A stretch of 64,000 nt of DNA from Acidimicrobiales bacterium (GTDB taxonomy: Bacteria > Actinomycetota > Acidimicrobiia > Acidimicrobiales > AC-9): positions 5,002 to 69,001 of the forward strand of contig DATBBR010000070.1 in NCBI GenBank assembly GCA_036270875.1. The letters run 5' to 3'. How positions within the stretch are numbered: the stretch's first letter is position 1; each line of letters starts with the position of its first letter. The position numbers were made by a program, and so were the translations under genes. Below the pieces are notes generated by a model. It made no database searches. It had not been told where the DNA came from and worked only from the letters and a program-made list of their open reading frames with translations. This document shows positions 34,159 to 43,652 of the stretch, piece by piece.

Positions 34159-35961
34159 ATGCTCACCGTCGGGTCGCCGCTGCACGGGACGGTCGTCAGC
34201 ATCGACGTCGGCGAAGGCGACGTCGTACGCAGCGGACAACAGGTGGTCGTCATCGAGTCTATGAAGATGCAGCACCCAGTCGAGGCGGCGGCCGGCGGCT
34301 TCGTCCGCAAGATCGAGGTGTCGGTGGCCGACACGGTCGTGCCGGGTCAGGCCCTGGTTGTACTGGAGGAGGCGGCAGTCGGCGACGATGACGGACGTCA
34401 GGACCAGACCGGCCCCCCGCAGCAGATCCGGCCCGATCTCGCCGAGGTCCTCGAGCGCCACGCCATCGGACTCGACGACGCAAGACCGGACGCCGTGGAG
34501 CGACGCCGGCACACGGGCCAACGCACGGCCCGGGAGAACATCGAGGACCTGTGCGACGACGGGAGCTTCGTCGAGTACGGAGCGCTCGCCATCGCCGCGC
34601 AACGGCGACGCCGTGAGGTGGACGACCTGATCAGGCGAACGCCGGCGGACGGCATGGTGGCGGGGATCGGGACGGTCGACGATCACCGGACGATCGCCAT
34701 GTCCTACGACTACACCGTGCTGGCAGGGACCCAGGGTCTGCAGAACCACCGCAAGAAGGACCGGCTCTTCGAGCTGGCCGAGACGCTCCGCCTCCCGATC
34801 GTGTTCTTCACCGAGGGAGGCGGCGGACGACCCGGGGACACCGATGGCGTCGGCGTGAGCGGGCTCGACTGCATGGCCTTCAACCTCTTCGCCGGGCTGA
34901 GCGGCCTCGTGCCGCTGGTTGGTGTCAACTCCGGCTACTGCTTCGCCGGCAACGCCGCCATCCTCGGCTGTTGCGATGTGGTCATCGCCACGGCCAACTC
35001 CAACATCGGGATGGGCGGTCCGGCGATGATCGAAGGGGGCGGGCTGGGCGCCTACCCGCCTGGTGCCATCGGACCCATGGAGGTCCAGGTACCCAACGGC
35101 GTGGTGGACATCGCCGTGGCGGACGAGGCGGCCGCGGTCGCGACAGCGCGGCGGTACCTGTCATATTTCCGAGGGGCGGTCCCCGAGTGGGACGAGATGG
35201 ACCAGGCCCGCCTTCGCCACATCGTGCCCGAGGACCGGCTGCGCACCTACGACGTCAGGCAGGTGGTCTCCACGCTGGTCGACCGGGGCTCGCTGCTCGA
35301 GCTGCGCGAGGGGTTCGGGACGGGCATGATCACGGCCCTCGCCCGCGTCGGTGGTCGGCCCGTGGGCGTGATCGCCAACAACCCCGCTCATCTGGGCGGA
35401 GCCATCGACGGGGCGGGCGCCGACAAGGCCGCCCGCTTCATGCAGCTGTGCGACGGCTTCGACGTGCCGCTCATCTCGCTCTGCGACACGCCGGGCATCA
35501 TGGTGGGTCCCGAGTCGGAGAAGCAGGCGACCGTCCGCCATTGCGCTCGCATGTTCGTGATCGGGTCCACGATCACGGTCCCCTTGCTCACGATCGTGCT
35601 GCGAAAGGGCTACGGGCTGGGCGCCCAGGCCATGGCAGGAGGCAGCTTCAAGGCGCCGATCTTCACCGTGGCCTGGCCGACCGGAGAGTTCGGGGGAATG
35701 GGCCTCGAGGGCGCCGTGCGACTCGGTTACCGCCGCGAGCTCGACGCCATCGACGACCCCGAGCGCCGCGAGCAGGCGTTCCAGGAGATGGTCGCAGCCA
35801 TGTACCGGCACGGGAAGGCGCTCAACACCGCGACCTACTTCGAGATCGACGACGTGATCGACCCGGCCGACTCGCGCCGATGGATCATCGCCGCCCTCGA
35901 CTCGGCTCCACCCCCTCCAGCGCGGACGGGCAAGAAGCGTCCGTGCATTGACACCTGGTGA
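34159..35961 (+). CDS. biotinyl-domain (BCCP)::acyl-CoA carboxyltransferase fusion protein
   Basis: N-terminus SPLHGTVVSIDVGEGDVVRSGQQVVVIESMKMQHPVEA carries the E-S-M-K-M biotinylation motif (Lys36). The remaining ~500 aa is an AccD/PccB-type carboxyltransferase (DYTVLAGTQG, PIVFFTEGGGGRPGD, GVIANNPAHLGGAI, PLISLCDTPGIMVG). Confidence 0.9.
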   Translation: MLTVGSPLHGTVVSIDVGEGDVVRSGQQVVVIESMKMQHPVEAAAGGFVRKIEVSVADTVVPGQALVVLEEAAVGDDDGRQDQTGPPQQIRPDLAEVLERHAIGLDDARPDAVERRRHTGQRTARENIEDLCDDGSFVEYGALAIAAQRRRREVDDLIRRTPADGMVAGIGTVDDHRTIAMSYDYTVLAGTQGLQNHRKKDRLFELAETLRLPIVFFTEGGGGRPGDTDGVGVSGLDCMAFNLFAGLSGLVPLVGVNSGYCFAGNAAILGCCDVVIATANSNIGMGGPAMIEGGGLGAYPPGAIGPMEVQVPNGVVDIAVADEAAAVATARRYLSYFRGAVPEWDEMDQARLRHIVPEDRLRTYDVRQVVSTLVDRGSLLELREGFGTGMITALARVGGRPVGVIANNPAHLGGAIDGAGADKAARFMQLCDGFDVPLISLCDTPGIMVGPESEKQATVRHCARMFVIGSTITVPLLTIVLRKGYGLGAQAMAGGSFKAPIFTVAWPTGEFGGMGLEGAVRLGYRRELDAIDDPERREQAFQEMVAAMYRHGKALNTATYFEIDDVIDPADSRRWIIAALDSAPPPPARTGKKRPCIDTW

Positions 35962-36050
35962 GCAGCGTCTCGACGTCGGATCCGGTGGCCTCCTTCTGCC
36001 GGCCGGCACTCCGCTGCCGACATTGACCGTCGAGTCAAGCGGAGTAGCAC

Positions 36051-36082
36051 TTGACATACGGACTGTATGTCTGTGTTAGCAT
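36051..36082 (+). promoter_or_regulatory. candidate promoter with extended -10 (TGTTAGCAT) and a 7-bp inverted repeat overlapping a TTGACA box
   Basis: TTGACA at 36051-36056. Inverted repeat GACATAC-GGACT-GTATGTC at 36053-36071. TG-T-TAGCAT at 36074-36082. This AT-rich island lies about 70 nt upstream of the 36150 start. Confidence 0.35.
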
Positions 36083-36149
36083 TTCGGTCGTCAGTATCCA
36101 CTCGTCGGCGGCGCCCTGTCGGGCACCGCCGATGCCCAGGAGGTGGGAG

Positions 36150-36815
36150 ATGGGGTTGCCCCGGGAAGAGACGCTGACCGGCAGCGCGGACGAGCTGGCG
36201 CGGTTCGAGGAGCTGGTGCGACCGCTCACCGCGACCGAGTGGGAGGCCCCGACGAGGTGCGCAGGATGGACGGTCGGGGACCTGGCCGCCCACGTCACCG
36301 GCACGATCGCTGACATCGCCACCGGGCGCCTCGACGAGCTGGCCGCACCAGACGCGTCCGCCCGCCAGGTGGCCGAGCGACGCGGCCGGTCGCCACGGGA
36401 GGTGGCCGACGAGCTGCAGCAGGCGACGAAGGTGGTGCGTGATCTCGCCGCCGCCTTCGACGACGCCGCCTGGTCCGGTCCCGCTCCCGCGGGGATCCCC
36501 GGCACCCTCGGCGAGGGCATCGAGGCGGTCTGGTACGACGCCTACGTCCACGCCGAGGACATCCGTTCGGCGCTCGGCCGCCAGCCGGAGCGGGGGCCCG
36601 GCCTCCGGGTCTCTGTGTCCCACCTGGCCGACCTCCTCGCCCGGCGCGGCTGGGGACCGGCGGTCCTCGTCCTCGACGGGCTCGACGAGGTAGCCGTGGG
36701 CGGCGACGGCGGCCGGCGAATCACGGGCGACCCACTCACCTTCGTGCTGGTCGCCACCGGCCGGCTCGCGGCGGCGGAGCTGGGACTCGATCACACCGTC
36801 AACGTCTATGCATGA
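36150..36815 (+). CDS. DinB-like / mycothiol-maleylpyruvate-isomerase N-terminal-domain family protein
   Basis: FEELVRPLTATEWEAPTRCAGWTVGDLAAHVTG is typical of the MDMPI_N/TIGR03083 family. AGGAGG lies 6 nt upstream of the ATG at 36150. Confidence 0.8.
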   Translation: MGLPREETLTGSADELARFEELVRPLTATEWEAPTRCAGWTVGDLAAHVTGTIADIATGRLDELAAPDASARQVAERRGRSPREVADELQQATKVVRDLAAAFDDAAWSGPAPAGIPGTLGEGIEAVWYDAYVHAEDIRSALGRQPERGPGLRVSVSHLADLLARRGWGPAVLVLDGLDEVAVGGDGGRRITGDPLTFVLVATGRLAAAELGLDHTVNVYA

Positions 36816-36901
36816 AGGCCCCCCAACTTCCGCGCCGCCGTGGGCCGTGTCCGCGGGTCGGCTGGCGCCGATCGCCGTCGAGACGGTGAGCGACCTGTTT
36901 C

Positions 36902-38239
36902 CTAGCTGATCGCCTGGCCGACCGAGAAGATCACGAGACCGGCCAGACCGCCCACGACAGTCCCGTTGATGCGGATGAACTGGAGGTCGCGTCCGAGGAG
37001 GATCTCGAGCTTGCTGGACGTCTCGGTCGCGTCCCACCGGGAGATGGTGCCGCTCACGAGATCGATGATCTCGTCGTGGAAGTGCTCCGCGACATAGCGG
37101 ATCCCCGACTCGACGACCTGCTCCACCTTGTCCGCCAGCGCCGGGTCGTCGCGGAGCCGTCGTGCGATGCCGATCAGGACGTCGGCCAAGCGCCGACGGA
37201 GCTCCGACTCGGGGTCGGCCGCCTGCGATCGAAGGGTCGCCTTCACCTCGTCCCACAGCGAGGAGGTCCACTTCCGCAGCTCCGGGTTTGTCAGCAGGTC
37301 ACGCTTGAGCTGCTCGCCGCGCTCGCGGTACTCGGGCGCGTTCTCGAGGTTGTCGGCGAGCGTGGCGACCCATTTGTCGAGCTGGGAGCGGATCTCGTGG
37401 CCGGGGTCGGTGTTGATCTCCCGCAGCACGTCGTGCACCCCGTCGAGGATGCGATCGAAGATGCGCTCGTCGACGACGCGCGGCAGCCACCACGGCGACT
37501 CTCGTGCGTACCGCGTTCGTAGGCCGTCTCGGTTGTCGTCGAGGAACCGCTCGAAGCCGCGGAGGACCGAGTCGAGCAGCTCCTGGTGCCGTTGGTTGGC
37601 CGTCATGGTCCGCAGGGCACGCGCCGCCAGCGGTGCGAGCGGAACCCGCTCGAGGCCGCCCGAGATCTCCTCCTCGATCAGACGGTGGACGTCCTCGTCC
37701 CGGACGGCGTCGGCGAGACCGACCACCAGCGTCGCTGCATGGCCGGCAATGTTCTCGGCGTTCTCGCGCACGATGAGCCAGTCCGCGGCCCTCGTCAACT
37801 GCTGGGAAGACCGGATGCGATCGGTGATGGTGTCGGAGCTGAGGAAGTTCTCCTGCACGAAGCCGCCAAGCGCGGCGCCGAACTGGTCTTTGCGCTCGAC
37901 GATCACCGCGGTATGGGGGATGGGCAGCCCGAGGGGGTGGCGGAAGATGGCCACCACCGCGAACCAGTCGGCCAGCCCGCCGACGAGTGACCCCTCCACC
38001 GCCGCCCGCACGTAGGCCAGCACGCCATGGTTGCTCCCGGCGACGCTCACGACGACGAACACGGCGAACATCACCACGAGGAGGCCGGTGGCCTGGCGCT
38101 TCTTGGCCCGGAGCTGGCGGAGCCGCTCCCCGTCCCCCCGCCCCGGCGACTGGGCGGACCGCGTGCGCGCCTCGGTGCGTCCCGGCTCAGGCGACGACGG
38201 CGAGGCGCCACGACCCGTGCGTGTGTCGAGCGCGCTCAT
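36902..38239 (-). CDS. DUF445 domain-containing membrane-associated protein
   Basis: GGLADWFAVVAIFRHPLGLPIPHTAVIVERKDQFG is the DUF445 signature. A C-terminal TM segment is present (INGTVVGGLAGLVIFSVG). Confidence 0.85.
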   Translation of the reverse strand: MSALDTRTGRGASPSSPEPGRTEARTRSAQSPGRGDGERLRQLRAKKRQATGLLVVMFAVFVVVSVAGSNHGVLAYVRAAVEGSLVGGLADWFAVVAIFRHPLGLPIPHTAVIVERKDQFGAALGGFVQENFLSSDTITDRIRSSQQLTRAADWLIVRENAENIAGHAATLVVGLADAVRDEDVHRLIEEEISGGLERVPLAPLAARALRTMTANQRHQELLDSVLRGFERFLDDNRDGLRTRYARESPWWLPRVVDERIFDRILDGVHDVLREINTDPGHEIRSQLDKWVATLADNLENAPEYRERGEQLKRDLLTNPELRKWTSSLWDEVKATLRSQAADPESELRRRLADVLIGIARRLRDDPALADKVEQVVESGIRYVAEHFHDEIIDLVSGTISRWDATETSSKLEILLGRDLQFIRINGTVVGGLAGLVIFSVGQAIS

Positions 38240-38357
38240 AGAGCTTGGTCATCATGCTAGGCGCTCCCGCTGGCCCCGGCGACGCGGGTGCCAGCGCGGG
38301 TGCACCCAACGTCTCGGTTCCACCTCTTGTCGAAATCGGCCCCTCCGGGCGGGTGGC

Positions 38358-39245
38358 TCAGTCGCCTGACTCGATGAGCCCCCACCGACGGCGGATGGAG
38401 CGGTCGGCGAACGAGAACACGGAGTCGGCCAGGATGCCGATCAACAGGACCACGATCATGAGGGCCAGCAGCGTGTCCGCCTGCGAGAACTCCCGGGCGA
38501 ACTCCAGCCTGGCGCCGATGGATGGGCGGTTGGCCACGATGACGAGCAGCTCGCCGGCCATGAGACTCCGCCAGGCGAACGCCCACCCCTGCTTGAGCCC
38601 GCCGACGAAGGCCGGCATCGCCGCGGGCAGGATGACGAATCGGAACAGCCTGATCCCGCGAGCCCCCAGCACCCGACCCGAGCGAAGCATGAGGGGTGGG
38701 ATGTGGTCGATGCCGGAGATGAGGCCGTTGGCCACCGAGGGGGCGGCGCCGAGGACCACGACGAACAGGATGGCCCCCTCCCCGAGCTTGAACAGCAGGA
38801 TGGCGAGCGGGAACCACACGATCGAGGGCATGGTCTGAAGCCCGGTGATGAGCGAGCCGATGGCCCGCCGCAGGGGTCGGATCCGTGCCACCGCCGCCCC
38901 GACCAGCGAGCCGATGAGGACGGCGACTGCGTAGCCGATCGCTGCCCGCTGCAGCGTGATGCCGACAGCGTGCCAGAAGCTGGCCTGCGAGAGCTGACTG
39001 CCGAGCTCGCTGAAGACCGGCGCCGGCCCTGGCAGCACATAGTCCGGGCGCCACTGCGACCACACCACGATCTGCCACACCAGCAGCCCCACGCCGATCG
39101 CAGCCAGCTTCGGCCACAGCGCGCTGCCGGCACGCACGAGCCGGCTCCGCGCCGGTGCAGTGGACAGCTCGAGCGCGTCGAGGCCGGCCATCTCCCGGTC
39201 AAGGCTGGATGCCTCGACGGTGGAGGTCGACGCGTCAACGGCCAT
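38358..39245 (-). CDS. ABC transporter permease, NitT/TauT (sulfonate/nitrate/taurine) family
   Basis: Binding-protein-dependent permease EAA-like loop: ISGIDHIPPLMLRSGRVLGARGIRLFRFVILPAAMP. Confidence 0.9.
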   Translation of the reverse strand: MAVDASTSTVEASSLDREMAGLDALELSTAPARSRLVRAGSALWPKLAAIGVGLLVWQIVVWSQWRPDYVLPGPAPVFSELGSQLSQASFWHAVGITLQRAAIGYAVAVLIGSLVGAAVARIRPLRRAIGSLITGLQTMPSIVWFPLAILLFKLGEGAILFVVVLGAAPSVANGLISGIDHIPPLMLRSGRVLGARGIRLFRFVILPAAMPAFVGGLKQGWAFAWRSLMAGELLVIVANRPSIGARLEFAREFSQADTLLALMIVVLLIGILADSVFSFADRSIRRRWGLIESGD

Positions 39246-40047
39246 GGCGGCCCACCTCCTCGCGGAGCCGCGCCGTCACCCGTCCCGCCAGCTCGGACAC
39301 CTCGGGCGACTCGATGCGCCGCGGTCGGGGAATGTCCACGTCGAACGTGGCTGCGACCCGACCGGGTCGGCTGGTGAACAGCACGATGCGATCGCCCAGG
39401 CGAGCAGCCTCGCGGACGTTGTGGGTGACGAAGAGCACGGTGATGTCCCGGGCCTGCCAAATCCCCTCGACCTCGTCGTGCAGCAGGTCCCGGGTGATGG
39501 CGTCCACCGCACCAAAGGGCTCGTCCATGAGCAACACCCGGGCATCCTGGGCCAGCGCCCGGGCCAGGGCGACCCGCTGTCGCATCCCTCCTGAGAGCTC
39601 GTGCGGCCTCCGTCGTCCCATCTCACCGAGGTGAACCGCCTCGAGCAGGTGTGCGGCGCGTGTCCGGCGCTCGGCCTTCGGGACCCCGTTCAGCCGCAGG
39701 GCCAGCTCGACGTTGGCCGCCGCCGTGAGCCACGGGAACAGGGCCGCGTCCTGGAACATCAGGGCTGGCCGTCCTCCGCCGGCGTCCACCGCCCCGGCGC
39801 TGGGCCGGTCGAGCCCGGCGACCAGGTTCAGCAGCGTCGTCTTGCCGCAGCCGGAGGCGCCGACCAGGCAGACGAACTCGCCCGGCCGCACGTCCAGGCT
39901 GACCCGGTCAAGGGCGAGCACCGCGGCGCCGCGCTCGCCGAATGCCCGGGAGACATCCCGGAGCGAGACCGCTGGCGAGGGCCCCACGGCGGCGGGCGGA
40001 TCGGGGGCCCCGACCCTGGCGGCGAGCTGGCGGGCGATGGCCGTCAC
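39235..40047 (-). CDS. ABC transporter ATP-binding protein, NitT/TauT family
   Basis: Walker A GASGCGKTT, signature LSGGMRQRV and Walker B LLMDEPFGAVD. GTG 40047 overlaps the binding-protein stop (GTGA). Confidence 0.9.
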   Translation of the reverse strand: MTAIARQLAARVGAPDPPAAVGPSPAVSLRDVSRAFGERGAAVLALDRVSLDVRPGEFVCLVGASGCGKTTLLNLVAGLDRPSAGAVDAGGGRPALMFQDAALFPWLTAAANVELALRLNGVPKAERRTRAAHLLEAVHLGEMGRRRPHELSGGMRQRVALARALAQDARVLLMDEPFGAVDAITRDLLHDEVEGIWQARDITVLFVTHNVREAARLGDRIVLFTSRPGRVAATFDVDIPRPRRIESPEVSELAGRVTARLREEVGRHGR

Positions 40048-41141
40048 GCCGCCTTCACCTGCGGCTCGTTCACCTGGGCCAGCGCCTGGTTGAGCGGCGT
40101 CAGGTCGTAGATGCCCTTCAAGTCGCCCGGTGGGAGCAAGCCGATCTTCTGGGCGTGGGCGGCGGAGGCGGCGAGGGAAGCCGCCACGGGGTCGTTGGTA
40201 AACGTGAGGTCGGGCCACGCCGCCTGGATGACCCCCGGCGACAACCCCTTGCCGGTGAGCTGGGTGAGGCCCTGGTTGACGATTTGCTGAGCCTCCACCG
40301 GATGCTGGTTCACGAAGTCGTTGGCGCGCACCTGACCCTGCAGGAGACGGGCAACGGCGTCCGGGTGCTGCTTGAGGAAATCAGTGCGCACCGCGAGCTG
40401 AGTGGTGACAAAGCGCCCGCCCGGCCACAGGCTCTTCTCGTTCACGAGCACCTTGCCGCCGGCAGCGACCATCTGGCTGACCCACGGCTCGGGCTCCCAG
40501 GCGCCGTCGATCTGTCCGGTCTGGAAGGCGCGCAGGGCAGTGGCATTGTCCTGGGGCAGGATCGAGACGTCTCCGCCTCCCTGCGGGTCGGTCTTGAGGC
40601 CCTTGCCCTGCAGCCAGAACCGGAGGGCGACGTCCTGGGTGTTCCCGAGCTGCGGCGTGGCCAGCTTCTTCCCCCGCAGGTCGGAGGCCGAGTTGATGGT
40701 GGGCTTGACGACGAATGCAGCGCCCCCCGAGGTTGCCCCGGAGATGATCCGGATGGCCTGGCCGTGGGACTGCTGGAAGGCGTTGATGGCGGGATTTGGT
40801 CCGATGTAGGTGGCGTCGACGGCGCCCGAGAAGAGGGCCTCGACCGCTGCTGGCCCAGCGTTGAACGTGGCCGTCTGGAGCTTGTCCTGCCCCAGGGCCT
40901 GGGCGAAGATGCCCTGCTGCACGCCGACGATGGCGGTGGCGTGGGTGAGGTTGGGGTAGTAGCCGAGCTTGACCGTGACGGGCGGCCCGCCTGACGACGA
41001 GGTCGTCGCCGTGGTCCCGGCGTTGGCGGAGCTGCTGGTCCCGCCCCCGCAGGCCGCGGTCACTAGTGCGGCCACGGCGAGCGGGGCGAGGAGGAGGAGT
41101 GGACGAGGACGGCGGAGCGGCACGGAAAGTTCCTTCTTCAC
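40044..41141 (-). CDS. ABC transporter substrate-binding lipoprotein, NMT1/SsuA-like
   Basis: Lipobox LVTAAC followed by a Ser/Thr/Gly linker. The body (VKLGYYPNLTHA ... ATPQLGNTQDV) is typical of aliphatic-sulfonate/NitT-type binding proteins. Confidence 0.85.
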   Translation of the reverse strand: MKKELSVPLRRPRPLLLLAPLAVAALVTAACGGGTSSSANAGTTATTSSSGGPPVTVKLGYYPNLTHATAIVGVQQGIFAQALGQDKLQTATFNAGPAAVEALFSGAVDATYIGPNPAINAFQQSHGQAIRIISGATSGGAAFVVKPTINSASDLRGKKLATPQLGNTQDVALRFWLQGKGLKTDPQGGGDVSILPQDNATALRAFQTGQIDGAWEPEPWVSQMVAAGGKVLVNEKSLWPGGRFVTTQLAVRTDFLKQHPDAVARLLQGQVRANDFVNQHPVEAQQIVNQGLTQLTGKGLSPGVIQAAWPDLTFTNDPVAASLAASAAHAQKIGLLPPGDLKGIYDLTPLNQALAQVNEPQVKAA

Positions 41142-41240
41142 CCAGTTGGAGAGGCAATCTCTACCTATTTGATCAAGATAGTCAACAAGACCGCCGCTCG
41201 CCCCGTCAAACAGGCCCCCGGGGACGGCGGGCCGGACGGC

Positions 41241-42929
41241 TCAGGCGGACGGCAGGGGCCGCAGCCAGAGCTGCATGCCCTCCACCGTCCCGAGATGGGT
41301 GGCGCCCGCCGTCGAGACCGCCGGTGAGGGGTCATGTGGGCCGCTGATGACGAGGAGCGCCTGGTCAGGGCCCCGGACCTGCTCCTGGGGGCCGTAGCTG
41401 GTGCTGGCGGGTGGCTCGAGGTGGGTGGCCACGCCCGCCTTCTGGAGCTCCACGACGACCGAGGCAGCCAGGCCGAACTGGTCCGGGTCGGCTTCCTGGA
41501 CCCTGAGATCGCGCACGTGCATCGCCCGCACCGGCCGTTCGACGAGCTGGGCGGCGACCTGGCGTCCCGGGTCGTCGCCGTAGCCGATCGGCGGATCGCG
41601 GAGCAGCGACCACCCCAGGGCCAGGCACGGCACTGCGCAGCCCACCGCCAACGCCCCTGAGAGAACCCGGCGGCCGACGGGCCTCGAGAGCGGCCCGCCC
41701 TTCCGTTTCGCGACGAGGTCGAGCGCCAGCAGGCCGGCGCCGATCCACGCCGGAACGAGCACCGCGGTCGTCCACCACAGCAGGTGCTCGTACAACGGCC
41801 CGACGACCTGGGTCGCCGACACGACAGCGGCTCCGGACGCAACCACGGAGACGGCGCCGAGGGCCATGACCAGCTGGTGGCGACGTCGCCAACCGATCAG
41901 CGCAAGACCCACCCCGACCAGGACGCCGCCCCCGAGGATGACGAGGCGACCGGTGTAGGCCGAGTTGGGCCCGGCAAACTGGTTGGGCTCGCAGCATGGA
42001 AAGGGATCCGCCTTGAGCGGCAGGGTGGCCGCGTACTCGGCCACGCCCCGCACCGCCTGGCCCCTCGTGTGTCGTCCCCCGGCCTCTTGCGCCGTGGGCG
42101 GGTGCTCGAAGAACGAGACGATCCTGCCGGCGTTGCCCGGCGTCCGGGTCGTCTGCTGGATCAGCGGCGGCACCCACACCAGCACGACGAACAGCGCGCT
42201 CCCCGCCAGGGCGACGAGGTGACGCGAGGGCCTGGTCCAGGGAGGCAGCGCGGGCGCCGTCGCCGCTGACCCCGCCCGCTTCCTCCAAACTGCCCAGCCC
42301 CACAGGGCGGCGCCAACCACGAGCACGGCGAGGACGGCCGGCGCAGTCCCCAGCTCACTCTGGATGACGAACGAGCCGACCAGCCCGGCCCACAACAAGG
42401 AGAGGGTCGATCCGGTCGCGGCGGCCGCTGCCAGGATCATCACCAGCAAGAAGGGCAGTGCCAACAGGGCCGGGTTCCACGGGTTGTACAGCGACAGGGA
42501 AGAGGCCTCGCTGAAGAAGAGGAGGCCGCCGACCACCAGGGCGCCCCACCGCGCGGCCCACTCTCCAGCCCGCCAGCGGATGACGACGATGATGGCGAGC
42601 GCGCAGACGGCGTTGATGAGAAAGGCACCCAGGAACATCGCCCGGGCGCTCTCCCCGAAGATCCAGTAGACCGGGGCCATCACGTAGAAGTAGGCCGGCC
42701 CGGGATGGAACCAGCCGAAGTGCGAGTAGGGCCCCAGAAGCTGATGGCCGCCGAGGGTGTCCCTGATGGTGGACTCGAGGACGGCGACGTCGCCGAAGCT
42801 GACGAACGGTTGATTGATGCTGGACAGGGCCCGGCCGACCCCCACCCCGACGGGCACCAGCATCATCACGATCGAGATCGGCGCGAAGCGGCTCGCGGTG
42901 CCGGCGATCCTTGCCGCCCGTTCACTCAT
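41241..42929 (-). CDS. large polytopic membrane protein with a C-terminal soluble domain (possible GT-C-like)
   Basis: About 12 hydrophobic segments. Start placed at ATG 42929 (MSERAARIAG). Conserved-looking segment GPYSHFGWFHPGPAYFYVMAP. The family was not identified. Confidence 0.65.
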   Translation of the reverse strand: MSERAARIAGTASRFAPISIVMMLVPVGVGVGRALSSINQPFVSFGDVAVLESTIRDTLGGHQLLGPYSHFGWFHPGPAYFYVMAPVYWIFGESARAMFLGAFLINAVCALAIIVVIRWRAGEWAARWGALVVGGLLFFSEASSLSLYNPWNPALLALPFLLVMILAAAAATGSTLSLLWAGLVGSFVIQSELGTAPAVLAVLVVGAALWGWAVWRKRAGSAATAPALPPWTRPSRHLVALAGSALFVVLVWVPPLIQQTTRTPGNAGRIVSFFEHPPTAQEAGGRHTRGQAVRGVAEYAATLPLKADPFPCCEPNQFAGPNSAYTGRLVILGGGVLVGVGLALIGWRRRHQLVMALGAVSVVASGAAVVSATQVVGPLYEHLLWWTTAVLVPAWIGAGLLALDLVAKRKGGPLSRPVGRRVLSGALAVGCAVPCLALGWSLLRDPPIGYGDDPGRQVAAQLVERPVRAMHVRDLRVQEADPDQFGLAASVVVELQKAGVATHLEPPASTSYGPQEQVRGPDQALLVISGPHDPSPAVSTAGATHLGTVEGMQLWLRPLPSA

Positions 42930-43153
42930 CGATCGGGCGCGACGCCCGCCGGCGGCGGTGGTCTCGCCGCCAGGTCGGGCCGGCCTCCCGGGGCGCCCCC
43001 AGGCCCGCCTGGTCGTGACCGACATGGGGCCTGATAGTAGAGGCCCGGCGGCTGGCTCCACGGCGTCCGAGCGGGCCTGATGCGCCTCGGCGCGGCGCTA
43101 CGATCGAGGTGCAAGCGAGCGAGGGCCGTCTGCGGCGAGCGTCGAGGGGGAGC

Positions 43154-43579
43154 ATGGCGAGCGAAGTCGACAAGACTGACGAGCAGTGGCGCCAGGAGCT
43201 GACGCCCGAGCAGTACCGGGTGCTGCGGCAGAAGGACACGGAGCGTCCCTTCACGGGGGAGTACCTCGACGCCAAGGAGGACGGCACCTATCGCTGCGCC
43301 GGGTGCGGCGCGGTGCTGTTCGACTCGTCGACCAAGTTCGAGTCGGGCACGGGTTGGCCGAGCTTCACGGAGCCGGCGGTGGCGGCCAACGTGGAGCTCC
43401 ACCGCGACGCCAGCCTCGGAATGGTGCGGACCGAGGTGATCTGTCGGCGCTGCGGCGGCCACCTGGGCCACGTCTTCGACGACGGTCCCCGTCCCACCGG
43501 CCAGCGCTACTGCATCAACTCGGTCGCTCTCGCCCTCGATCCCCGCACCGGCGGCGACTCGCCAGTCGAGCCCGGCTGA
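43154..43579 (+). CDS. msrB: peptide-methionine (R)-S-oxide reductase
   Basis: Two CxxC pairs (YRCAGCG and [12 protein letters not shown]) plus GTGWPSF and RYCINS, the canonical MsrB/SelR motifs. Confidence 0.95.
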   Translation: MASEVDKTDEQWRQELTPEQYRVLRQKDTERPFTGEYLDAKEDGTYRCAGCGAVLFDSSTKFESGTGWPSFTEPAVAANVELHRDASLGMVRTEVICRRCGGHLGHVFDDGPRPTGQRYCINSVALALDPRTGGDSPVEPG

Positions 43580-43652
43580 TCGGAGGGACGGCTGGGCCGT
43601 CCTGGGCGTGGTGGCATCCGGGCCACGGCGGCGGTGACTACCCTGGCGGGCC

